DNA of 64,000 nucleotides, taken from the NCBI GenBank assembly GCA_964016885.1, contig OZ024741.1, forward strand, positions 30,070,001 through 30,134,000, read 5' to 3'. The position numbers and the translations under genes are program-made. Of this stretch, positions 1 through 13,063 are shown one piece after another. This DNA is from Eledone cirrhosa (taxonomy: Eukaryota). Numbering within the stretch: the stretch's first letter is position 1; every line of letters starts with the position of its first letter. The notes under the pieces are model-generated. The model saw only the letters and a list, made by a program, of their open reading frames with translations, had not been told where the DNA came from and did no database searches.

Positions 1-259
1 ATTTCCTTCTTTCTCTCTTCCTCTCACTCTCTCTCTTTCTTTCTCTCTGTCTTTCTTTCTCTCTCTCTTTCCTACTCTCCGTCTTTCATCTGTATTATCC
101 TTAATCCTGCAATCTGGATTTTTGTTTGTTTAATTCAAACGTTATATTATTGTTAGTTGTTAGCTGACCATTTCTCCTTTTCTCTAATAATGTCTGTATA
201 TATATATATATATATATATTTATGTATGTATACAGGTGTGTGTGTATATATATATATAT

Positions 260-338
<79 letters not shown>

Positions 339-367
339 TATATACACATATATATATATATATATAT

Positions 368-400
<33 letters not shown>

Positions 401-978
401 GTATTAAGGATACTATTTATGGTTATGTATATACTAAAACTTTTTATAGTTATATATATTTTAAACCCTAAACAGTGAAAGACAGTAATTTATTACTACC
501 TTATTACCAGTAAGATAAGTAGCTCAATGTAATAACATCAGTTGTTCTACAGAGCAGTTATATAGAATTCACAGCAATCAAAGTTATGTTCAAAACATTT
601 ATTCACTTACAATTGTTTCATCCAAACCGAGGCTTGATTACTTCGGAGCATTTTTCAATGTTTGTTTACATACATGACCTCCTTTCCAACGCAAGAGACA
701 TACAGATACACACGTATATATTGATGTACAGTGGGGTGACATGTATTATATTATTTCTGAATGGCAATTTAAATTCATAAATTAAAATCATATTAAAACA
801 GAATCAAAGCAAAATTAAAATTAAAATACAACATCAGCAGTTAACGTCGATAATGCAAGAGGATAGTTTGTTAGTCAGTTGTATAGTTATTGTATGCATT
901 AGTTACACGTGGGGCATGCAAGTGTGTCTCATTTATATATGATTATTGTGCGACAGGGTGTTATATGCAATACAAGCA

Positions 979-980
<2 letters not shown>
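401..980 (-). mobile_element. ORF-less PLE pseudo-LTR-like remnant between (TA)n tracts
   Basis: Unique block flanked by (TA)n. The minus strand at ~605-660 has a degenerate HHR (TTGAAAA...GAAA-CAATTG-TA) followed by AATAAA. Confidence 0.45.
605..660 (-). ncRNA. Degenerate type-I hammerhead motif
   Basis: Reverse complement reads ca-TTGAAAA-atgc...ggat-GAAA-CAATTG-TA-agtgaataaa. Stem III is the palindrome ACAATTGT with a GUA site; the core is mutated. Confidence 0.4.
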
Positions 981-1056
<76 letters not shown>

Positions 1057-1060
1057 TATA

Positions 1061-2824
1061 CCTTTGATAACTTTGATAGGTTTCGGCCAGTATTGGCCCA
1101 GGCCAAGTCTAACTTAATAGCACCATCTGACGAAGTCTTACAAATCAGTGTTTGGGCACCATGGCCCACTCGAGCAAAGTGTTATTGTTTACGGAGGCAT
1201 ATCCAGGTGTACGAGGCTTTTCCGGGGTTTCTTGAAGTAATTTATCCAAAGACTTCTTGAACTTGATGGGGTCTGTCGCTGCTTTGGTGTGTTTTGGTGT
1301 AATGTTAAAGAGTGCAGGGCCAATTGAGGTGAAATAATTGTGCCGTATTATTGTTATGTGATGCGAGTGAGATTTTTGTCGTGGGCGGATAGCACGGGGC
1401 CCAAGCCTTGGGTGTACACTAAAGGTGATGCCAACATCATTTGAGCTAAGCTGATGGAATATGTTCCACATCATACAGATAATGTAGCGCTCACGGCGAC
1501 GTTGAAGAGAATAAAGTTTGAGATGTTCTAATCGACTCCAAAAGTCAAGGCCTATCATGCCATCCATCGTTTTTGTAATCGACCTTCGGGGTGCTTCAAC
1601 CTTCATGATACCTTGTCTCGTGTGGGGTGACCACAGTTGACAACAGCACTCAAGGCGGGGTCGGGAAAAAGTGGAGAAGAGAAGGACAACAGTGTGGATA
1701 TCTCTCGACTGGAAAGTTCTGTGAATCCAGGAACACATTCTGCGGGCCATATCAATTTTGCTGTTTATATGAGTGGCCCAGCCCAACCTACATCGTTCTA
1801 CACAATTACTCCCAGGTCTCTGATGTTATTGAAAGCCACTAGAGTTTCACCCGAAGGAAGAGAGCACGGCAGTTTCATGGCATCCCTTTTTCCAAAGTGG
1901 ATTAGTTCAAATTTATCTTCCTTCAACAGCATATTATTCATTTCTGCCCATTGGATAACAGCAAGTAGGTCTGACTGAAGGCAAGTACGGTCACCCACCT
2001 CATTGATGATCCTTTGGAGCTTGGAATCATCTGCGAAGATTCTGATGTGGCTGTGTTTGATGATGTCAGTAATGTCATTAATGTAGATGATGAAAAGAAG
2101 TGGGCCCAACACAGTGCCTTGTGTGACGCCACTGCTGACTTTGGCTGGGCTTGATTTTACTCCTTCGACTACAACATGCTGGGTTCTGCCTGTCAGGAAT
2201 CATTTGATCTACTGTAGTAACCTTCCAGAGACACCAACATTGAATAGTTTTTTTTCATTAGAATCTTATGATCAACCCTGCCGAAGGCTTTGCTGAAATG
2301 AAGGTAGATGACATCAGTGTTGGAGCACTCTCCCAAGGCTCTCAAATATCGTCAAAGTGATGGAGGAGCTGTGTTAGGAAGTCCCTTCCATTACGGAACC
2401 CATGTTGGTTGGAGTTCAGCAGGCCGTTGCTTTCAAGAAAGTGGGTTATTCGTAATCTCACCACCCTCTCAAATACCTTGATAATATGAGAGGTAAGTGA
2501 CATCGGACGGTAGTTCACTGCAAGGGACTTATTTCCCTTTTTGAAGACTGGGACAACGGACTGGGACAGACATTTTTCCGGAATATAGCGAGTGTCCAGT
2601 GAGTTCCTCTACAGATTAACAAGAGGAGATGCAAGTTGGTGCCGGCACACCTTCAGGACACAAGCAGGGAACCTGTCAGGGCCTACTGCTGAATTGTGTT
2701 TAATTTCGTTTATTGCGCTAAGACATCCGGGGCGCCAAACGTTATGTCTGATATAGTGTGTTGGGGGTTAACATCACTGATACGGCCCAGAACGGCCATA
2801 TCAGGATTGCTGAAAACAGAGCTG
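1061..2824 (-). mobile_element. 5'-truncated, decayed APE-type non-LTR retrotransposon (CR1/L2-group LINE): RT and 3' end
   Basis: Minus-strand RT motifs GVTQGTVLGPLLFIIYIND, FADDSKL, WSP...LYSLQRRRERY, broken by stops and frameshifts. Short ATCAAAG(T) tail; both ends abut (TA)n. Same family as 14808-18051. Confidence 0.92.
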
Positions 2825-2987
2825 TATATATATACATATATATGCATATATATACATATACATATATATATATACATATATACATATATATATACATATA
2901 TATATATATATACATATATATATACATATATACATATATATATATACATATATATATATACATATATATAAATATACATATATATAT

Positions 2988-3020
<33 letters not shown>

Positions 3021-3059
3021 AATATACATATATATATACATATATATGCACATATATAA

Positions 3060-3090
<31 letters not shown>

Positions 3091-3099
3091 CATATATAC

Positions 3100-3130
<31 letters not shown>

Positions 3131-3147
3131 CATATATATATACATAC

Positions 3148-3178
<31 letters not shown>

Positions 3179-3237
3179 CATATATATATACATATATATA
3201 TATACATATGTATACATATATATATACATGTATATAT
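2825..3237. repeat. (TA)n/(TACA) compound microsatellite
   Basis: Seen directly. Confidence 0.97.
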
Positions 3238-3302
3238 ACTAAAGGAATTTTAGCTTGATAACGGGGTTTAGAACCCTCAGATAAATGGAAAAAGATGAGT
3301 AT

Positions 3303-3373
3303 TGACGTACATGGGAGTCGAACCCACATCTGTGGTTATCGCGACCACTGTGCTACCATTACACCAACACATC
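3303..3373 (-). tRNA. tRNA-like cloverleaf (inverted copy of 3615-3685)
   Basis: Exact reverse complement of 3615-3685. Confidence 0.6.
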
Positions 3374-3614
3374 ACCCATCTCTTTCCATTCATATTAGAA
3401 ACTACATTCGAATCCCATGTACGTCAATACTCATCTTTTTCCACTTATCTGAGGGTTCTAAACCCCGTTATCAAGCTAAAATCCCTTTAGTCAAAAATAC
3501 GGTGAAAGCTATATATTTTCTAATTTCAAACCTGCTCACTGTTTCAAAACATACTTACTTGCCATTTAAACTCGCTAAGAATGTAGCTTCTAATTTGAAT
3601 GGAAAGAGATGGGT

Positions 3615-3685
3615 GATGTGTTGGTGTAATGGTAGCACAGTGGTCGCGATAACCACAGATGTGGGTTCGACTCCCATGTACGTCA
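3615..3685 (+). tRNA. tRNA-like cloverleaf with non-canonical anticodon loop (nominal CGA; G at 33, T at 37); probably not a translating tRNA
   Basis: GATGTGT-TG-GTGT-AATGGT-AGCAC-A-GTGGT-CGCGATA-ACCAC-AGAT-GTGGG-TTCGACT-CCCAT-GTACGTC-A. A box TGGTGTAATGG, B box GGTTCGACTCC. All four stems pair, the acceptor with three G-U pairs. Confidence 0.6.
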
Positions 3686-3694
3686 ATACTCATC

Positions 3695-3699
3695 TTTTT
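3695..3699 (+). terminator. Putative Pol III terminator (T5) 10 nt after the tRNA-like module
   Basis: TTTTT downstream of the discriminator base, present in all three copies of this segment. Confidence 0.5.
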
Positions 3700-3822
3700 C
3701 CATTTATCTGAGGGTTCTAAACCCCCTTATCAAGCTAAAATTCCTTTAGTCAAAAATACGGTGAAAGCTATATATTTTCTAATTTCAAACTCGCTCACTG
3801 TTTCAAAACATACTTACTTGCC

Positions 3823-4265
3823 ATATATATATACATATATATACGTATATATAGTTATACATACATATATATATATACAAATATACATAAATATATATAT
3901 ACATATATATACATATATATATATATACAAATATATATACATGCATACGTATATATACAAATATATATATATACATATATATACATATATATATATACAC
4001 ATATATATACATAAATATACATACATATATATACATATATACATATATATATACATATATATACATACATACATATATATATATACATAATATATATATA
4101 TACATATATGTATATATATATATATATACATATATGTATACATATATATATACATATATATACATACATATATATATATACATACATACATATATATATA
4201 TACATATATATACATACATATATATATACATATATATACATACATATATATATACATATATATAC

Positions 4266-4297
<32 letters not shown>

Positions 4298-4574
4298 ATA
4301 TACATATATATATATACATATATACATATATATACGTACATATATATATATATATATATACATATATATACGTACATATATATATATATATATATACATA
4401 TATATACATATATATATGTACATATACATATATATATATATATACACATATATATATATACATATATATATATACATATACATATATATATATATAAATA
4501 TACATATACATATATATATACATATATATGTACATATATAAATATATACATATATATATATACATATATACATA

Positions 4575-4637
<63 letters not shown>

Positions 4638-4827
4638 GTATACATATATATATAATATATATATACATATATATATATACATCTGTATACATATATATAT
4701 ATAATATATATATACATATATATACATATATATATATATACATATATATATACATATATATACATATATATACATATATATACATATATATACTTATACA
4801 TACATAAATATATACAAATATACATAA

Positions 4828-4858
<31 letters not shown>

Positions 4859-5015
4859 CAAATATATATACATGTATACATATATATACAAATATATATA
4901 TATACATATATATATATACATATATATACATATATATATATACATATATACAAATATATACATACATACATACATATATATATATATACATATATATACA
5001 TACATATACATATAC

Positions 5016-5046
<31 letters not shown>

Positions 5047-5052
5047 CATATA
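3823..5052. repeat. ~1.2 kb (TA)n/(TACA) compound microsatellite
   Basis: Seen directly. Confidence 0.97.
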
Positions 5053-5173
5053 TAACGAAGGAAATGTGGTAAGGAACCAGGTGGACCATAACGCACCAAA
5101 GTACTCAATACTTGACTCCAGAATTAGCCGTCGAAACGGCTTGAGCTCAGCTGTCGGAGTCTTACTGGTTCCT
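5053..5173 (+). mobile_element. Short structured repeat family with an HHR-like 3' half (copy 1 of 3)
   Basis: gtc-GAAA-CGGC-TTGAGCTCA-GCTG-TC. Homologous reverse-complement copies at 50446-50592 and 57159-57248. All are flanked by (TA)n. Confidence 0.7.
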
Positions 5174-5203
5174 ATATACATATATATATATATACATATA
5201 CAT

Positions 5204-5236
<33 letters not shown>

Positions 5237-5254
5237 CATATACATATATATATA

Positions 5255-5322
<68 letters not shown>

Positions 5323-5391
5323 TATACATATACATATATATATATACATATATAATATAAGATCAAAAGATGGTTAAAAGAGTTCCAAGTA

Positions 5392-5458
5392 TTTTATTAT
5401 GCGCATTTCAAAAACAAATATCATCATGGAATGGTATTTGCGTTTTAATCAGATAAAA
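5392..5458 (-). ncRNA. Type-I hammerhead motif (core CUGAUUA) in a short repeat at 5354-5632
   Basis: TTTTAT-CTGATTA-aaacgcaaatac...gatatttgttttt-GAAA-TGCGCA-TA-ATAAAA. Stem I is TTTTAT/ATAAAA, stem III the palindrome ATGCGCAT; G8 is replaced by U. Confidence 0.6.
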
Positions 5459-5906
5459 CAGGGATACATGATATGAAGCTTAAAAGACACTTGTGAATAG
5501 TGAAGTTTTAAATAATGAAGTTTTAACCATCTTTTGATCTTATATTATTTACACCCCAATCCTACAAACTGTAGAGTGCTACTTATCCGATATTTGCATT
5601 GCTTTATTGTGCTACAATAAAACTCACCTCCTACATATATACATATATATATATATATACACATATACATATATATATATATATAATATATATATATATA
5701 CACATATATATATACATACATATATATATTTATATATATATATTTCGTTTCTGATATATAAGATTTAAAATACTAGAGTGTATTGGAGTTAAACACCCTC
5801 TTCATATTATAGAAATAACAGTAAAGATATAGCTCAATGTAATTAAACAGAGCCGAAAAATTATGAAAATAAACCAAAGAAGCCTTCAATACATCAAAAG
5901 TCTTTA

Positions 5907-5949
5907 TTAGCCAACAATGTTTCGTCCTATTAAGGACTCATCAGAGCAA
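5907..5949 (-). ncRNA. Type-I minimal hammerhead ribozyme in PLE pLTR
   Basis: gct-CTGATGA-GTCCT-taat-AGGAC-GAAA-CATTG-TT-ggc, followed by AATAAA. Confidence 0.85.
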
Positions 5950-7645
5950 GTAAAGCTATAAGAAGCACTATCGGCCAATACAAGCCAAAAACTCAGAAGA
6001 ATATGGAGTATACATACATTAAAGCATAGGAAAATTATCAAGTAAAAATTGCTAAGGAAGTGAATAACATTTTGAACCATATTACAAATATAGTACGATG
6101 CAAAGACTAAAACTAAACACAAGTGGTGATATAAAGCGAGAATTACGGTAAGATATATAATATAATATAATTGATAAAGATAATAATAATAATAATATTA
6201 ATAATATTAAAAATATTAAACATATTAAAAATATTAAAAATACTAAAAATAATTAAAAGGCCCAATATACATATATACATATATACATATGTATACATAT
6301 ATATATATATATATATATATCAATACACATATCCATCAATACAAACACAAACTAACACTTATTAAGAGTTTAAATATAAATATAATACATATATTATTTA
6401 CAGTATAAAATGATAAAGAAATGAATACAAATAAACATATAATATATAATATACTATATAATTATATAATTTATAATCTCCGGTCAATTTGCACAAAGAA
6501 TATAAATATTACAATAACACTATAATAACAATATAATAATATATTGGCATATAACTTAACAAATCATATAAAGTTACACACAGGGTGAGAAAAAAATATC
6601 ATACAGAACTAAATTGTGTTGAAAAAATTGTGCTGGAAAAATATCTATACCGTTGTAACAAAACAGACGGAGGTCAAGTTTTTATACAATTGGTATAAAT
6701 AAATATTATCTAAACATTATAAAAATTATAAAAACATATTACAGAATTTACAAAATTTAACATAATGGTACATTGAATAATCGGTAAATATTTAAGATCT
6801 ATAGTACGATTACAAACAGTGATATGATATAACAACTTCAATATTAAATGACAAACATAGTATAGAATACATAATTACATGGTTGGTAGACAGACATATG
6901 TGAATAAGTGAATAAGAACCAGACAGAAACTACACACGGTAGTAAAAAATATAAATAAAATCAACCGGAAATCGAAAAACAAAAACAAATATATTTACTT
7001 AGGTGTCACAGGCAGTTAAGTAAAAAAATTAGGAATCAAACCCGGATAAATGACTAGAAAACCTTATTAAATTAATTAATATTGAAAGTATTTAAAATAC
7101 ATAATAAGTCAATACAAAATTAGCTATGGTTTCAGTAATCAAAATCTCTAAAGTTTAAGATATCTCAATAAAAATATCCAGAATAGAATGAAATATTCTA
7201 CTTTCAGTTGAATAACGTTATCTAGTAAACGGACCTTAAATAGAACTATGGTAGGCCAATTGGAACAGAAAAAAGAAAGGTATGGAGGATACGAAGCAGC
7301 ATAAAATCATAATCAATATACTGTATAATACAATAGAAAGGAGCATAAAAGGGAATTGAATATAATTATAGTATAATTGAAGGGGCGAATGACAAGTGTG
7401 TGTATGTGGGGGGGGGGAGTGGAGGAGGTTAATTATCTAAATGAGAATCCAAATAAAATATATAATCAGATATAAACTCATAAGGTGTTAATAGTGAAAA
7501 TATAATATTTAAGAAGATAGATATGGTATGGTAGCCAAAAGACTATGAAAGCTAGATCGAAAAGCTGTTAAAAACCAATAATAATAATGATAATGATGGT
7601 GGTAAACCAAATGAACCTAAACAAAAAAGATAGGGAATATAGCAG

Positions 7646-9545
7646 CTAATGGATACAATTTACATTACCAGAACATTTAGGTTTATAATAAAAGTAAGAA
7701 TTAGAAATGGCATGGGGGCAGGAAGAAAATATCTCAGACTTTCTATTAAGTAAGAGTTCCCTAGAGAAAATTATAGAGTGGGTCTCAAGGATACAGAGAT
7801 TACAGAATTTAGTGTGTGTTGATAGGTTATTAGAGCGTGCTACTATTCGCCAATTAAGGCTATATGGTATATTAGCCCCCTTAAGATCCCAGATATGGTG
7901 TGCTAAAGAAGTAGAATTCTTAAACTTAACATGTTTAAAATTAGAGATATGAGAATTAAACCTAGTCTTAAAAGTGTTAGATATTGAGCCTATATATGTG
8001 CTATTAGAGGAATTAGTTTTAACTACACAAGCAGTTAACACTCACTCTATAGTTACACTTCCGGGTGCTATAGATCGGCTGAAGTAGGGTTACTATGAGA
8101 TAAGGTCTGCTCAGGTGGTAAGGCATTTATGGATCTATCCAGACTAGTAGTACGCAGAGAGGAGTAGCCGTCCCTAATTTTCCTATTGTTAGTGCTAGCT
8201 AAATGAGAACTAATATTAGGGGTGGTAGAGAATGATAGTTTAATTACATTTTTATTAAAAATACCATGGTATTTATTAGTAGGAGGGGAATTTTTCTCTA
8301 AGATAGAAAAGAAAGACCTAGGGATGTTAGTTAATACTTCCTGATCATATGGCGGGTTAAAATAAGTATTTAGACTCCTTCTATTTCTATCCTTACCAAC
8401 TCTACCGTTATCTAATATCCCATTATTAAGATCTGGGTTACTACGAGGACTAGTTGAAACCACATTATTAGAATCAGCCGAAACCACATTGAGTCTCCTT
8501 CTGTTTCTACCTTTAGTATATCTACTGCTATCTGGAATCATATCAATAGAATTAGGGCTAATAATAGGATCAGTAGAAACAGCACTGTAAGAATTAGATT
8601 TAGCAAAAGCATTACCACTGAGTGAGCGCTCAGAGCGCCCAACTTGATCCCTAGAACTATTAGATTCCCTATTACGAATCCGGTGGCTTAACTTATGGAT
8701 GGGTTCGGATACACCTATGTGATTTCTACGATTCTTATGCTTTCTACTCCCATTCATGGCCATATTATGGGATATTATGTTATTATTATTATATGTAAGC
8801 GGAGACTTTCTAAGGTTACTATTATTATAATGTATTTTACCAGAGTAACCGTAGTTAGCTAGGGCATTATTATAGTACTCTGCATGTGCATTAAATATTC
8901 CTATGTCCTTAGAGAGTGTGGAAATTCTATTAGATACACCATTAATTATAGAGCCTATCATAGATTTGGAGTGGTTAGAATTGGGACTAACATAAGAGAA
9001 TATTTCATTAGGCTTATGGAAGGGTTTAAAACTATTAGTGACCAAGTCCAAAGTCACATCTAAAAAGTTGACCGCTCTATCATTTCTATCAATCGTGATC
9101 GAAAGGTTAAAGCTTTTAAAAAAATTATAAAGTTTCTTCCTATTATGCTCGATGTTATTGGTGCTGGAGTTAATCGCAAACAATGCATCGTCACGATAAA
9201 GTCTGCCTTTAAGGTGCGGAAAGGTAACATACAGTTCATTTAGGAGGAACAGCCCAACAAGATCAGTTACCTGGGCCGAATCACTCGAACCCATTGTAAC
9301 GTCGAAATTGTTGGGCGTGTTTTTACGCGTCCAAAACGTATCCTCGAAATTGATGATAGTTCTACGGGCTGCTAGTATAATATCAATCTGTGATCGCGTA
9401 AGGCTAGACACTCTCATGGCCATAATTAAGGCCGTATTAAGGAGGATAGGTGAAATCGATGTGTAATAGGCATCAATATCAAACTGGATAAACCTACTAG
9501 ATTCAAGTTTATTAATATCAGTGAACCAATCTATAACCTCCTTAG
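7646..9545 (-). pseudogene. PLE RT/GIY-YIG polyprotein, frameshifted (ORFs 8068-9423 and 7646-8041)
   Basis: Motifs as above. Small deletions in the Cys-rich linker split RT from EN relative to the copy at 61079-63359. Confidence 0.88.
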
Positions 9546-9587
9546 TGTTTGGCTTGTATTGGCCGATAGTGCTTCTTATAGCTTTAC

Positions 9588-9630
9588 TTGCCCTGATGAG
9601 TCCTTAATAGGACGAAACATTGTTGGCTAA
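9588..9630 (+). ncRNA. Type-I minimal hammerhead ribozyme in inverted pLTR
   Basis: gcc-CTGATGA-GTCCT-taat-AGGAC-GAAA-CATTG-TT-ggc-taataaa. Confidence 0.88.
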
Positions 9631-9672
9631 TAAAGACTTTTGATGTATTAAAGGCTTCTTTGGTTTATTTTC

Positions 9673-10292
<620 letters not shown>

Positions 10293-10296
10293 CATA

Positions 10297-10788
<492 letters not shown>

Positions 10789-10789
<1 letters not shown>

Positions 10790-10988
10790 GAAAAAGTTCT
10801 ATTTAAATTGTTGGGATACAACAAGTAAATATTTTTATAACTGATATAAAGCACTCGACAAGTATTTGGGGTAGATATACGATATTAACAAATGGAAACT
10901 ATATACCATAATTTAACTTGGTATCCTTGAAATATATATAATGAAATAAATATGGTTTTATATATATAGTTTCCATCTGTTAATATCG

Positions 10989-10992
<4 letters not shown>
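10789..10992. mobile_element. Fragment of a short fold-back repeat family, related to 47373-47672
   Basis: Shares aaatggaaactata, ccttgaaatatatataat..aataaatatggtttta and ataactgat..aagcactcgaca with the 47.4-47.7 kb element. Internal inverted repeat at 10876-10904/10963-10992. Confidence 0.6.
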
Positions 10993-11021
<29 letters not shown>

Positions 11022-11241
11022 ATTAAATTAAAAATGTACATCTACATATGCATACTGAAATACTAGTATGCATATGAATACACACACGTATACATATGTA
11101 GATGTACCAAGTCTTTCACTGGTTACTTTACTGTGAGTATCCAGCTATTCTGTATGTAAACACACAGACAAATCGGTTTTTAGAGTCATACTGGTTTTTG
11201 AGGAAACACATTTCCTCTATTCTCCAGAAAGCCAGACAAGG

Positions 11242-11286
11242 AATATTGAACTAGTTTCGTTGTTGTTACAACTCATCAGCAATATT
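11242..11286 (-). ncRNA. Type-I hammerhead ribozyme, canonical core
   Basis: AATATTG-CTGATGA-GTTGT-aac-ACAAC-GAAA-CTAG-TT-CAATATT. Stem I extends via ttctccagaaag/ctttctggagaa. Confidence 0.92.
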
Positions 11287-11707
11287 TACCTATCTACCGG
11301 CCTTTCTGGAGAATCGTAAAAGCACATATCGTTATATGCTTTTTCTATGAAAATTAGTAGTGGGCAGACTAATTTGCGTAGAGTGTGAGTACGTACCGGT
11401 TCAACGGAGACGATAAAAATAAATAACGAAACGAAATTAAATTTCGTTTCGTTTGTAACTCACTTTTGTATGACTGACGCTTAAACAATTAAGTTAAAAA
11501 TGTACATCTACATATGCATACTGATATACTAGTATGCATATGAATACACACACGTATACATATGTAGATGTACCAAGTCTTTCACTGGTTACTTTACTGT
11601 GAGTATCCAGCTATTCTGTATGTAAACACACAGACAAACCGGTTTTTAGAATCATACTGGTTTTTGAGGAAACACCTTTCCTCTATTCTCCAGAAAGCTA
11701 GACGAGG

Positions 11708-11752
11708 AATATTGAACTAGTTTCGTTGTTGTTACAACTCATCAGCAATATT
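11708..11752 (-). ncRNA. Type-I hammerhead ribozyme, canonical core (second copy)
   Basis: Identical to 11242-11286. Confidence 0.92.
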
Positions 11753-11947
11753 TACCTATCTACCGGCCTTTCTGGAGAATCGTAAAAGCACATATCGTTA
11801 TATGCTTTTTCTATGAAAATTAGTAGTGGGCAGACTAATTTGCATAGAGTGTGAGTACGTACCGGTTCAACGGAGACGATAAAAACAAATAACGAAACGA
11901 AATTAAATTTCGTTTCGTTTGTAACTCACTTTTGTATGACTGACGCA

Positions 11948-12444
<497 letters not shown>

Positions 12445-12790
12445 GGAGGCACATGGCTTAGTGGTTAGAGCATTGGCCTTGCAATCGAAATGTTGTGAGT
12501 TCAATTCTCAGACTCGATGATGTTTTGTTTCCTTGAGCAAGACACTTTATTTCACATTGCTCCAGTTTACTCAGCTGTAGAAATGAGATGATATGGACTG
12601 GGGTCCCTATCATTCCACTGTAAAGTGGTCGTGGAGGTACCAGGGCAAAAAAGCACCCAGCACTCACTGTAAATGAGGTTGGTGTTAGGAAGGGCATCCA
12701 GCTGTAGAAATCAAGCCAGAATCAGTTCACGTCCCACCTTTGCAAGCAGGGTAAAAGCGGACGTAAAATGAAATGATGAATGATGATGAT
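12445..12790 (+). mobile_element. tRNA-derived SINE with conserved central domain and (GAT)n tail
   Basis: A box TGGCTTAGTGG, B box GAGTTCAATTC, central ccttgagcaagacacttta...tgctccagt segment, 3' ttaggaagggcatccagctgtagaaa...gatgatgat. Confidence 0.85.
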
Positions 12791-12987
12791 ATACATACAA
12801 ATATATATATTACACAAAGAGAAGTGTGTTACACACTGAGTTGTGTGTAAAGAATTATTACAAGTGAGTTTTACCGTTACTGTATAGAGAACAATATCTA
12901 CAGGTTTAGCCATTAAATAGAAAAAAAACTAAGTCAGAATCAAATCTCTGAATTAGAGTTTTAAATCACAAACCTTATAACTATAAG

Positions 12988-13063
12988 TTTGCTGATACGA
13001 ATCTAGTTCGTTTCACCACAGAAATGTGCAGTACAACAGCCCACAGGATCCTCAGTCAGCAAA
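12988..13063 (-). ncRNA. Type-I hammerhead ribozyme with long stem II loop
   Basis: TTTGCTGA-CTGAGGA-tcc...ggt-GAAA-CGAA-ctaga-TTCG-TA-TCAGCAAA. 8-bp stem I, 5-bp stem III, GUA site. Confidence 0.8.

Larger units (their letters stand above)
3238..3822 (+). mobile_element. Non-coding 259-nt repeat unit (inverted partial copy + ~1.6 tandem copies) with a tRNA-like module and an HHR-like module
   Basis: 3238-3408 is the reverse complement of part of 3579-3750. 3409-3563 repeats at 3668-3822 (period 259). Inserted in (TA)n with the inverted+tandem layout typical of PLE insertions. Confidence 0.8.
11021..11947 (-). mobile_element. Head-to-tail dimer of a 466-nt non-coding unit, each copy with an intact HHR (retrozyme/pLTR-like)
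   Basis: Near-identical direct repeat with period 466, no ORF, flanked by (TA)n. Confidence 0.88.

Noticed and set aside
3615-3685. Bona fide tRNA-Ser(CGA) gene
   Set aside because: No long variable arm, G33/T37 in the anticodon loop, three G-U pairs in the acceptor, and it lies inside a repeat unit. Kept only as tRNA-like.
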